From positions 1-26,997 of the forward strand of contig NW_021836479.1 in NCBI RefSeq assembly GCF_006345805.1: DNA of 26,997 bases, in the 5' to 3' direction. Under the pieces are notes generated by a model. The model was not told the origin of the DNA and made no database searches. It saw only the letters and a list, made by a program, of their open reading frames with translations. This DNA is from Octopus sinensis (Eukaryota). The translations under genes and the position numbers were made by a program. Positions 9,421-19,313 of the stretch are shown one piece after another (within the stretch, counting starts at the first letter, position 1; each line of letters begins with the position of its first letter).

Positions 9421-9914
9421 ATTTTTATTTGTCTGGTGGCTGTAGTGAAAGAGGTAGTATGGTGGACCCGTTTGAAAGGGCTCAAGACAGACACATCATC
9501 AACTTCTTCAAGTTTCCCTTGAAAAGAAAGTTGAGGGTGGAGAGGGGGGTGAATGCTGGAAGAAGGGCCAGTGTGAAAGGACCAGTTCTGTGAAAAAATT
9601 AAAGAAGGGTTCTTGCTCTGTTGATCAGGCACCCGTGGTTTTTGTGGGGTTTTCCATGAGGACCCTAAGGCGCCTCCCCTATTTGGGAGATTTTAATTTG
9701 TTTAATTTGTTTAATGACTGAAACAAGTAAAATTAAGAAAACAAAAGCTAAATAAAGAAGTTAAGATTGTCTTTGATTATAGATCTGACTGGATCAGGAC
9801 TAACCTAGGGCTAAACAACTGGACCTCCACTACCCCCAACCACCACCACCACCACCACCAACAACAACTACAACAACCATGATTACTACTGCTGTTGCTA
9901 ATGTTATCTTCAAG

Positions 9915-10086
9915 AAAGAGAGAGGGGGAGAAAAAGAAGGACAAGGAGAGTAAGAGAGGGGGAGAGCAGCGGAATGAGAGATAGAGGATGAGGGAGAGAG
10001 AGAGAGAGAGAAAGGATCGAGGAGAGTGAGTGAGAGAGAGAGAGAAGTAGAGAAAGAAGTGCCCTGTCCCCCTCCCACAGCAGATC

Positions 10087-10126
<40 letters not shown>

Positions 10127-10197
10127 AGTTGTTCTAAAGATTGGAAGAGGAGAAGGAGGAAGAAGTAGAATGTGAGAGAGAGAGAGAGAGAGAGATA
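9915..10197. repeat. GA/CT-rich low-complexity tract
   Basis: (GA)n and (CT)n runs. Confidence 0.85.
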
Positions 10198-10321
10198 AGC
10201 CGTGTTATCGTTGTCCCCTCCACATTCGCCCTCCTCCACTGCAACTGATCTTCAGAAGTTTGTCTCTCCCTGATTTCCAGATAAGCAGCAGAAAAACCCA
10301 CTTTCACAGATAAAAACAGAG

Positions 10322-10945
10322 GCAGTGGTGGTGGTGGTGGTAGTGGTTGTGATGGTGGTGGTATTGGTGGTGGTGGTAGTGGTGGTGGTGATGTTGATGA
10401 TGGTGGTGGTGATGGTGGTAGTGGTTGTGGTATTGGTGGTTGTGGTGGTGGTGGTGGTGATGGTATTGGTGGTGGTGGTAACAGTGGTGGTGGCGGTGGC
10501 AGTGGTGGTGGTGGTGGGGGTGGTGGTTGTGGTGGCGGCAGTGGTGGTGTGGTGGCGGCGGTGGTGGTGGTGTGATGGTATTGGTGGTGGTGGGTTGGTG
10601 TGGTGGTGATTGTTGGTGGTGGTGGTACGTGGTGGTGCAGTGGTGGTGGTGGTGGTGGTGGTGGTATGGTTGTGATGGTGGTTTGGTGGTGGTGTATTGT
10701 GGTGGTGGTGGTGATGTTGATGTGGTGGTGGTGAGGTGGTGTGGTGGTGATGGTATGGGTACAATGGTGGTGGCGGTGGCAGTGACGGTGGTGGTGGCGG
10801 TGGCAGTGACGGTGGTGGTGGTGGTGGCAGCAGTTGTGGTGGCAGCAGTGGTGGTGGCAATGGTGGTGGCGGTGGTGGTTGTGGTGGTGATGCCATCTCC
10901 TCCCCCCTCACCTCCACTGCCGCCTCCATTGTTGTTGTTCTTGTT
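10322..10945. repeat. (GGT)n microsatellite with GGC/GAT/GTT variants
   Basis: Direct inspection. Confidence 0.95.
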
Positions 10946-11403
10946 GCCGTTGTGTCTTCTTTATTGCCTAAAGACATGACCACCAGGAGTGTGTGTTTGT
11001 GTGTGTGTGTGTGTGCACACACGCATGGGGGGTGGGCGAGGATGGACTGTTTCCTTCTTTACTTTTACTTCATTAGAAATTTTTTTCAAGTTTTATTATT
11101 TTTTTTGTTTGTTTTTCCATTTGTTTTCGTTTCACTGTTTTTTTTTAAATATTTTCATCCAGTTTTCCTTTCCCCCCCTCCCCCCCACTCCCACCCCTGC
11201 CCCATCGTTTTTTCCCCTTCAATTTCATTTTCCTTTTTTTCTTTTCTTTTTTTCTTCATTTTGTTTCCTTTCTTTGTCTTTTATTTTTTCTATCTTTGCT
11301 CTTTTTATCATTATTCTTCCTCCTTCTCCTCATTCCCTCTCCTCCTCCTCCTCCTACTACCTTAGATATCTCTCTCTCTCTCTCACTCTCACTCTCTCTC
11401 TCT

Positions 11404-11797
11404 TTACTCTTTTACTTGTTTCAGTCATTTGACTGTGGCCATGCTGGAGCACCGCCTTTAGTCGAGCAAATCGACCCCGGGACTTATTCTTTTGTAAGCC
11501 CAGTACTTATTCTATCGGATCTCTTTTGCCGAACCACTAAGTGACGGGGACGTAAACACACCAGCATCGGTTGTCAAGCAATGCTAGGGGGACAAACACA
11601 CAAACACACACATATATATGTACATATATACAACAGGCTTCTTTCAGTTTCTGTCTACCAAATCCACTCACAAGGCTTTGGTCTGCCCAGGGCTATAGCA
11701 GAAGACACTTGCCCAAGGTGCCATGCAGTGGGACTGAACCCGGAACCATGTGGTTGGTAAACAAGCTACTTACCACCCAGCCACTTCTACTACGCCT
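11404..11797 (-). mobile_element. SINE family B, full length
   Basis: Reverse complement of 11991-12358, with head, internal TA/CA tract and the 3' end CAGTCAAATGACTGAAACAAGTAAAAGA. Confidence 0.9.
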
Positions 11798-11842
11798 ATA
11801 TATATACATACATACTATACATACATACATATATTACATAGT

Positions 11843-11989
11843 GCATGGCACGTACAACCCACTACACTCACGGAGTGGTTGGCGTTAGGAAGGCATCCAG
11901 CTGTATTGCCAATTAGACTGGATGTGCAGCCTTCTGGCATACCTCCACCATGCTAGCATGGAGAACGGACGTTAGACATGATGCGATGA
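11843..11989 (+). mobile_element. RTE LINE 3'-tail fragment
   Basis: CCCACTACACTCACGGAGTGGTTGGCGTTAGGAAGG...CATGCTAGCATGG..CGGACGTTA..ATGAT matches the tail attached to the RTE ORF at 17950-18437. Confidence 0.75.
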
Positions 11990-11990
11990 T

Positions 11991-12358
11991 AGGCGCAGAG
12001 TGGCTGTGTGGCGTAGCTTGCTAACCAACCACATGGTTCCGGGTTCAGTCCCACTGCGTGGCACCTTGGGCAAGTGTCTTCTACTATAGCCCCGGGCCGA
12101 CCAATGCCTTGTGAGTGGATTTGGTAGACGGAAACTGAAAGAAGCCCGTCGTATATATGTATATATATTTGTGTGTGTGTGTTTGTGTTTGACGCCCAAT
12201 GCTGGTGTGTTTACGTCCCCGTTACTTAGTGGTTTGGAAAAAGATACCAATAGAATAAGTACTGGGCTTACAAAGAATAAGTCCTGGGGTCGATTTGCTC
12301 GACTAAAGGCGGTGCTCCAGCATGGCCACAGTCAAATGACTGAAACAAGTAAAAGAGT
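11991..12358 (+). mobile_element. SINE family B, full length
   Basis: Complete head, body and 3' end. Confidence 0.9.
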
Positions 12359-12486
12359 ATATACACACACACATATATATTATATAGAATATCATTTAAG
12401 ACATATATTATATACACTCACCGCAGTGGGTGGAATACTGAATTTTATAATTCACACCTGATATAATAAAGAGTACACACACAAAG

Positions 12487-12620
12487 GGCTTCTTTCAGTT
12501 TCCACCAACCAAATCCACGTACCAGGTTTCAGTCAGCCCAAGGCTACAGTAAAAGATATTTACCCAAGGAGGCACGCAGTGGGACTGAACCCAGAACCAT
12601 GTGGTTCTGGAGCTAACTTA
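12487..12620 (-). mobile_element. SINE family B, 5' fragment
   Basis: GGGCTTCTTTCAGTTTCC...GCAGTGGGACTGAACCC.GAACCATGTGG. Confidence 0.75.
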
Positions 12621-12664
12621 CGCATATGCTTTTTATGCATATCTGCATGTATTTTTATTTGTAT

Positions 12665-12967
12665 TCTAGCAGTATCGCCCGGCGTTGCTCGAGTTTGTAA
12701 GGGAAATAACCATATAAGCATTTTTAGAGAGTTACTTCCCTTATATAATAGCAAAAAAATGCATTAAAAATGGGAAAAAATTATGGTAAATTTTTTTTTT
12801 AAATCGTAGACTCATCATAGACATGCGCTAATATCCAGAAGGGCTCGATATGAATCACAACTATAAGATACCCGCTTTTGGTTACACTGCACCGCAAAAT
12901 GTGGGAGTAGTTAGGAATCTAAATCGTAGGAGACAGACACACAACTTCACTTTTATATATAAAGATA
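12665..12967 (+). mobile_element. Non-autonomous rolling-circle-type element (Helentron/HINE/Lep1-like), copy 1
   Basis: One end is CTAGCAGTATCGCCCGGCGTTGCTCG (terminal stem-loop). The other is AGACAGACACACAACTTCACTTTTATATATAAAGAT. A second copy is inverted at 15215-15616. The repeat is seen directly; the family assignment rests on end architecture only. Confidence 0.55.
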
Positions 12968-13039
12968 TATACATGTGTGTCTATGCATGTATGTATACAT
13001 GTATGTCTGTATGTATTTATCTGAGTGTTGGTTCTCATG

Positions 13040-13553
13040 GAGGCAATGACCAAGATCTTTGGCATTATGTTTCACTTGAGAGGAAGACCCATCAAGCCAA
13101 GCAAATTCACGATTGTGGCAGATACCTATTTCTTTACTACCCACAAGGGGCTAAACACAGAGGGGACAAACAAGGACAGACAAACGGATTAAATTGATTA
13201 TATCAACGCCAGTGCATAACTGGTACTTATTTAATCAACCCCGAAAGGATGAAAGGCAAAGTCGACCTTAGTGGAATTTGAACTCAGAACGTAACGGCAG
13301 ACGAAATTCGGCTACGCATTTCGCCCGGCATGCTAACGTTGTGGCAGATACCGGTGTCACTGCAATGGCACCTGTGCCAGTATCACATAAAAGCACCGAT
13401 TACACTCTCCTCAGAGCAGTTGGCATTAGGAGAGGGAGAAAACCCTGCCAAATCAGACTGGGTCCTGGTGCAGCCTTGCCACTTACCAGCACTGGTCAAA
13501 CTGTCCAACTCATGCCAGCATGGACAGTGGATGTTAGATGATGACGATGATGA
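13040..13553 (+). mobile_element. RTE-type 3'-tail fragment interrupted by a SINE
   Basis: It ends ...CCAACTCATGCCAGCATGGACAGTGGATGTTAGATGATGA, like the other tails, and is split at a duplicated TTGTGGCAGATACC. Confidence 0.65.
13127..13338 (-). mobile_element. SINE family C, 5'-truncated, with a 12-14 bp TSD
   Basis: Reverse complement of family C. TTGTGGCAGATACC occurs at 13113-13126 and 13339-13352. Confidence 0.85.
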
Positions 13554-13929
13554 CGAATTTGTGTTGAAATTGCGTTACAAAATTTCTCCTGTGAAACTGT
13601 TGAAACAGATGCTGTATTTTGGGATGCACTTGCTGACTTCCAGGATGCAGGGCTTTCAACTGGTAGCACTTTCACGTGCAAATCGTTTGCATTTTTTTTT
13701 TGTGGTGGTCATGATGGGGTGGGGGAATATAAACACATGCACTGTTGTTTGTTCTTCCCTCGTTTATGGCTGACCTTATTCTATCTTACGTCCATTGTCT
13801 GAAAACCTTTTGTCACATCTGCGACCACTTCAGCGACCCCTCCCATCCATGTGTATCCTCGTGCTCTGGACTAAGTGGAGCAGGAGGATACACTTGGATG
13901 GGAAGGGTCCCTGAAGAGGTCGCAGATGT
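13533..13929 (+). repeat. Direct repeat copy 1 (about 397 bp)
   Basis: Aligns to 14641-15017 with scattered substitutions and one ~21-nt indel. Confidence 0.95.
13815..13929. other. Long hairpin: 52-bp stem, 5 single mismatches, 11-nt loop
   Basis: ACATCTGCGACC-A-CTTCAG-C-GACCC-C-TCCCATCCA-T-GTGTATCCTC-G-TGCTC pairs with GAGCA-G-GAGGATACAC-T-TGGATGGGA-A-GGGTC-C-CTGAAG-A-GGTCGCAGATGT. Confidence 0.95.
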
Positions 13930-14640
13930 CATCATCATCATCATCATCATCATTTAGCGTCCACTTTCCATGCTAGCATGGGTTGGATGGTTCAACTGGG
14001 GTCTGTGAAGCCAGAAGGCTGCATCAGGCCCAGTCAAATCTGGCAGTGTTTCTACGGCTGGATGCCCTTCCTAACACCAACCACTCCATGAGTGCTGTGG
14101 GTGCTTTTTATGTGCCACCCGCACAGGTGCCAGACGGAGCTGGCAAACGGCCATGGACGGATGGTACTTTTTACATGCCACCGGCACAGGGGCCAGGCGA
14201 GGCTGGCAACGGCCACAAATGGATGGTGCTACGTGCCACCGGCACGGGGGCCAGGCGAGGCTGGCAACGGACACGATCGGATGGTGCTTTTTACGTGCCA
14301 CCGGCACGGAGGCCAGGCGAGGCTGGCAACGGCCACAAACAGATGGTGCTATGTGCCACCGGCACGAGGGCCAGGCGAGGCTGGCAATGACCACGAATGG
14401 ATGGTGCTACATGCCACCGGCATGGGGGCCAGGCGAGGCTGGCAACGGACACGATCGGATGGTGCTTTTTACATGCCACCGGCATGGAGGCCAGTCGGGG
14501 CGGCGCTGGCAACGGCTACGATCAGATGGTTCGCTTAACCACATCTGCAACTTCCATTGATGTTGATCGACTTCGATTTTGGTTCTGCTTTCTGATATCT
14601 GATTTGATTTGGTTTGATTTTGATTTTGATTTGAATGGCT
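13930..14640 (-). mobile_element. RTE 3'-tail insertion containing about 7 units of a 58/62-bp minisatellite
   Basis: It begins (CAT)n TTAGCGTCCACTTTCCATGCTAGCATGGGTTGG, like 17950ff. Tandem GGTGCT(TTTT)ACGTGCCACCGGCAC units lie at 14100-14520. Confidence 0.8.
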
Positions 14641-15017
14641 GTTAAATGATGACGATGATGACGAATTTGTGTTGAAATTGCGTTACAAAATTTCTGATGT
14701 GAAACTGTTGAAACAGATGCTGTATTTTGGGATGCACTTGCTGGCTTCCAGGAAGCGGGGCTTTCAACTGGTAGCACTTTTACGTGCAAATCGTTTACAT
14801 TTTTTTTTTGTGGTGGTCATGATTGGGTGGGGGAATATAAACACATGCACTATTTGTTTGTTCTTATTCTATCTTACGTCCATTGTCTGAAAACCTTTTG
14901 TCACATCTGCGACCACTTCAGTGACCCCTCCCATCCATGTGTATCCTCGTGCTCTGGGCTAAGTGGAGCAGGAGGATACACTTGGATGGGAAGGGTCGCT
15001 GAAGAGGTCGCAGATGT
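14641..15017 (+). repeat. Direct repeat copy 2 (about 377 bp)
   Basis: Aligns to 13533-13929. Confidence 0.95.
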
Positions 15018-15018
15018 G
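14902..15018. other. Second copy of the long hairpin (53-bp stem)
   Basis: CACATCTGCGACC...GGTCGCAGATGTG. The C.C mismatch of copy 1 is T.G here. Confidence 0.95.
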
Positions 15019-15214
15019 TGAGGAAAAAAAATCTCTAGACAATGGACATAAGATAAAATAAGAACAAAAATAAATAATTAAAGAATGAATAAATAGTGTG
15101 TCTGTGTGTGTGTTTGGCCTCTAAAAAATGACCATCCCAAAATACAACATATATAAGTATACACACACACATATACACATATACACATTTATATGCATAC
15201 ACACACACATGTAT

Positions 15215-15614
15215 ATCTTTATATATAAAAGTGAAGTTGTGTGTCTGTCTCCTACGATTTAGATTCCTAACTACTCCCACATTTTGTGGTGCAGTTTAAC
15301 CAAAACCAGGTATCTTATAGTCGTGATTCATATCGAGCCTTTCTGGGTATTAGCGTGCGTCTACGATGAGTCTACGATTTTAAAAATAATTTACCATCAT
15401 TTTTTTTCCATTTTAATGCACTTTTTCGCTATTATATAAGGGAAGTAACTCTCTAAAAAATGTCTACGATGAATCAACGATTTAAAAAAAAATTTACCAT
15501 AACTTTTTTTGGCATTTTTAATGCATTTTTTTGCTATTTTTTGGCTATAACTCTCTAAAAATGCTTATATAGTTATTTCCCTTACAAACCCGAGCAACGC
15601 CGGCGATACTGCTA

Positions 15615-15616
<2 letters not shown>
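15215..15616 (-). mobile_element. Helentron/HINE-like element, copy 2, with an internal ~100-bp tandem duplication
   Basis: Reverse complement of 12665-12967. The TCTACGATGA..AACTCTCTAAAAA segment is present twice (about 15360-15462 and 15463-15565). Confidence 0.55.
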
Positions 15617-15662
<46 letters not shown>

Positions 15663-15673
15663 TATAATATATA

Positions 15674-15725
<52 letters not shown>

Positions 15726-15727
15726 TA
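15617..15727. repeat. (TA)n microsatellite
   Basis: Direct inspection. Confidence 0.95.
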
Positions 15728-15735
15728 CGTTTGTG

Positions 15736-16112
15736 TGTGTGGCTGTGTGGTAAGAAGCTTGCTTACCAACCACATGGTTCTGGGTTCCATTCTACTGCTT
15801 GGCGCCTTGAGTAAGTGTCTTCTACTATAGCCTCAAGTCAACCAGAGCCTTGTGAGAGGATTTGGTAGACAGAAAATGAAAGAAGCCTGTTGTGTATATA
15901 TGTGTGTGTTTGTCTCCCCCACCATTGCTTGATAACCGATGTTGGTGTGTTTACATCCCCAAAACCTAGTGATTTGGCAAAAGTGAGCGTTAGAATAAGT
16001 ACCAAGCTAACAAAGAATAATTCCTGGGGGGGGGGCTCTATTCCTTCAACTAAAAGGCAATACTCCAGCATGGCCACAGTCAAATGACTGGAACAAGTAA
16101 AAGAATAAAAGA
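15736..16112 (+). mobile_element. SINE family B, full length, diverged
   Basis: Family B head, body and 3' end. Confidence 0.85.
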
Positions 16113-16125
16113 ATATATTTATATA

Positions 16126-16750
16126 TATTCTTTTATTTGTTTCAGTCATTTGACTGTGGCCATACTGGAGCATTGCCTTTTGTCAAACAAATCAACTCCA
16201 GGACTTATTCTTTGTAAGCCTAGTTACATTTTATATCTGTCTCTTTTGCTGAACCGCTAAGTTTCAGGGACATAACACACCAACATCAGTTGTTAAGTGA
16301 TGGTTGGGGTACAGACACAGATACCCAAACATATACATATACATACATATATATATAAGTATGTAGGCGCGGGCATAGCTGTGTGGTTAGGGAGCTTGCT
16401 TCCTAAATACATGGTTTCGGGTTCAGTCCCACTGCGTGGCACTTTGGGTAGGTGTCTCCCACTATAGCCTCGAGCCGACCGGAGCTTTGTGATTGAATTC
16501 GGTAGGCGGGAGTTACTGCCGTGGGTGTATGTGTGCGTGGAGGTGCTCAGTGCCCTTCCGAAAGAGAGAGAGAGAGAGAGAGGGGATGACAGGCTTCTTT
16601 CAGTTTCCGTCTACCAAATCCACTCACAAGGCATTGGTCGGCCCGGGGCTATAGCAGAAGACACTTGCCCAAGATGCCACGCAGTGGGACTGAACCCGGA
16701 ACCATGTGGTTGGTTAGGAAGCTACTTACCACACAGCCACTCCTGCACCT
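16126..16750 (-). mobile_element. SINE family B, split by a nested opposite-strand copy
   Basis: 3' half at 16126-16330 and 5' half at about 16590-16750, both reverse complement of family B. Confidence 0.75.
16365..16560 (+). mobile_element. SINE family B-like 5' part nested in the preceding copy
   Basis: AGGCGC..GCTGTGTGGTTAGG.AGCTTGC...GGGTTCAGTCCCACTGCGTGGCAC. Confidence 0.75.
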
Positions 16751-16794
16751 CCCACACAGCTAGTCCTATGCCTTGCCACACGACTACTCCAGAT

Positions 16795-16805
16795 ATATAT
16801 ATGTG

Positions 16806-16863
<58 letters not shown>

Positions 16864-17220
16864 ATGTATATATGTATATATGTATATGTAATATATGTAT
16901 ATATATATGTATAATATATAGTGTAAATGTATATATATGTATATATGTATATATATATGTATATATATATGTATATATATATGTGTATATATATATATGT
17001 ATATATATATATGTATATATATATATATTGTATGTATATGTATATGTATAATGTATATGTATATTTATATGTATATATATATGTATATATTTATATGTAT
17101 ATAATTATATGTATATATATATATGTATATATATATATGTATATAATATATATATGTATATATATATATGTATATATATATATAATATATGTATATTTAT
17201 ATATGTGTGTGTATGTGTGT
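16795..17220. repeat. (TA)n/(TATG)n microsatellite
   Basis: Direct inspection. Confidence 0.95.
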
Positions 17221-17624
17221 GGTGTGGGCTGTGTACAGATATGGACATTAAAATGTAAAGCCATAGAATCCGGCTTCATGAAAGAGTGGACACAAAGGAC
17301 GATGGGTGTATGAAGACAAAGGAGAGTAGGGTGTGTATATATGGGGTGGTAGGGAAATAGGGGTAAGGGTGGAGGAAGGGGGGATATCTGGTTCTATTTT
17401 AATCAGCGTTCTGTTTAATTAGAATTTCAAGTGTTTAATCAATATGGAAGAGGAGGTGGAAGAAGAGGAAGAGGTAAATTCTTGACAATACAACACTACA
17501 TCAGATGTTGGTTTGGCGGGTGTGTGTGTGTGTGGGTGTGTATGTATATATATTTGTGTGAGTGTGTATGTATATATGTGTTTGTGTGTATGTGTACATA
17601 ATGGGTATGTGTGTGTATGTATAT

Positions 17625-17768
17625 TTCTTTATTACCCACAAGGGGCTAAACAGAGAGGGGACAAACAAGGACAGACAAACAGATTAAGTCGATTACATCG
17701 ACCCCAGTGCGTAACTGGTACTTAATTTATCGACCCCGAAAGGATGAAAGGCAAAGTCGACCTCAGCG
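17625..17768 (-). mobile_element. SINE family C, 3' fragment
   Basis: CCCACAAGGGGCTAAAC...CGACCCCGAAAGGATGAAAGGCAAAGTCGACCTC. Confidence 0.8.
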
Positions 17769-17949
17769 TTATGTGTGTGTATATATGAGTTTGTGTGTAT
17801 ATATGTATGTGCATAATGTATATGTGTGCGTGTGTGTATGTATGTGAATATATATATATCATCATTATCATCATCATTGTCCGCTTTCCATGAGAGAAAA
17901 GAAAAGTAAGAGAGTGGGAAAGTGAGAGAGAAACAAAGATGGAGAATCA

Positions 17950-19030
17950 CATCATCATCATCATCATTTAACGTCTGCTTTCCGTGCTACCACGGGTTGG
18001 AAGGTTCGACCGGGGGTCTGGGAAGCCAGTAGGCTGCACCAGGCTCTAGTCTGATCTGGCTGTGTTTCTACAGCTGGATGCTCTTCCTAACGCCAACCAC
18101 TCCATGAGTGTAGTGGGTGCTTTTCATGTGCCACCAGCACAGGGGCCAGAGGAGGCTGGCAACGGCCACAATTGGTAGCTTTTTACGTGCCACCGGCACT
18201 GAAGCCAGTCAAGGTAGCGCTGACATAGGCCATGTTTGGATGGTGCTTTTTACATGCCACCAGCATGGGTATCACAACTACAATTTCCGTTTGATTTTTA
18301 TTTTGATGTTGATGTACTTGACTCAATAGGTCTCCTCAAGCACAGCACGTTGCCCTATGATCCAAGATACTTTTGAATGGGCTGAGGCTAGTTATGCAAA
18401 ACTGGTGTAGGATACAACCGTGAACTCACTTTATTTGTCAGGTCTTCGCAGTCACAGCATATCTCCAGAGGTCTCGGTCTTCCATCATTGCCTCTGTAAG
18501 GCCCAATGTTTGAAGGTCATGCTTGACCACCTCATCCCATGTCTTCCTGGGTCTGCCTCTACACTGGATTCCTTCAACAGTTTGGGAGTGGCACTTCTTC
18601 ACACATCTTTCCTTATCCATCCATAGTACATGACTATACCAGTGCAAACATCTCTCTTGCACGCCACATCTGATGCTTCTTATGTCCAACATTTCTCTTG
18701 GGGTGCTTACACTCTGTCCTGCACGCACACTGACATTACACATCCAGCGGATCATGCTAGCTTCATTTCTTTTGATCCTACGCATGTCTTCAGCAGTCAT
18801 GGCCCGTGTTTCACTGCCGTGAAGCTTAGAAGTTTGCACACATGCATCATACAATCTACCTTTCACTCTGAGCAAGAGACCCTTTGTCACCAGTAGGGGT
18901 AGGAGCTTCCTAAACTTTGCCCAGGCTATTCTTATTCTAGTTGTAACACTCTCTGAGCAACCACCCCTACTACTAACTTGGTCACCTAGGTAGCAGAAGC
19001 TATCAACTACTTCTAGTTTCTCCCCCCCCC
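17950..19030 (-). mobile_element. 5'-truncated RTE-clade LINE (RT C-terminus, 3' UTR and (ATG)n tail)
   Basis: ORF 18438-19064 contains ...DSFCYLG...RIRIAWAKF..L.PLL..KG.....KGRLY.ACV....L.GSET...RGRPRKTW, typical of the RTE C-terminus. It runs directly into the repeated tail. Confidence 0.9.
18438..19020 (-). pseudogene. RTE reverse-transcriptase ORF C-terminal fragment
   Basis: KLEVVDSFCYLGDQVSSRGGCSESVTTRIRIAWAKFRKLL...RGRPRKTWDEVVKHDL. The catalytic YADD region and the endonuclease are absent. Confidence 0.85.
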
Positions 19031-19263
19031 CCCTGGAGTGTGATGGAATCTGTTTTCTGAGCATCTATGGTGTTTATTTCCCATGTGCATCTGCCGCACA
19101 TGAAAGTTATCTTCTTGGTTAATCTTCCTGAAAATTTTGCTTAAAATCTCAGCAAAAAACCAAAGATTTTTCTTGAGAACACATTCTTCATGGTAAATGG
19201 CGATTTGACATCTATGTTTAGCATATAGGCTGTCCACTTTTAGTGGTCAGTCCACTAAATTTT

Positions 19264-19310
<47 letters not shown>

Positions 19311-19313
<3 letters not shown>

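Noticed and set aside
9430-9600. 54-codon open frame in unique sequence
   Set aside because: No recognisable motif or supporting splice pattern.
9770-9825. Short motif AGGACT.ACCTAGGGCTAAAC shared with about 24640-24660
   Set aside because: Probably a 3' fragment of another retroposon, but too short to classify.
10252-11022. Pro/Thr/His-rich 256-aa ORF resembling an extensin or mucin
   Set aside because: It is a translation of the (GGT)n array.
13910-13920. CTGAAGA inside the long hairpin as a hammerhead core
   Set aside because: No stem II followed by GAAA in register in either copy.
14100-14520. CRISPR-like array or repetitive protein (ORFs 13983-14560)
   Set aside because: Units are contiguous with no unique spacers, the context is eukaryotic with no cas genes, and the array lies inside a LINE 3' UTR.
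17343-17385. G-quadruplex-forming motif
   Set aside because: It matches the pattern but is isolated, and such motifs are common in this low-complexity DNA.
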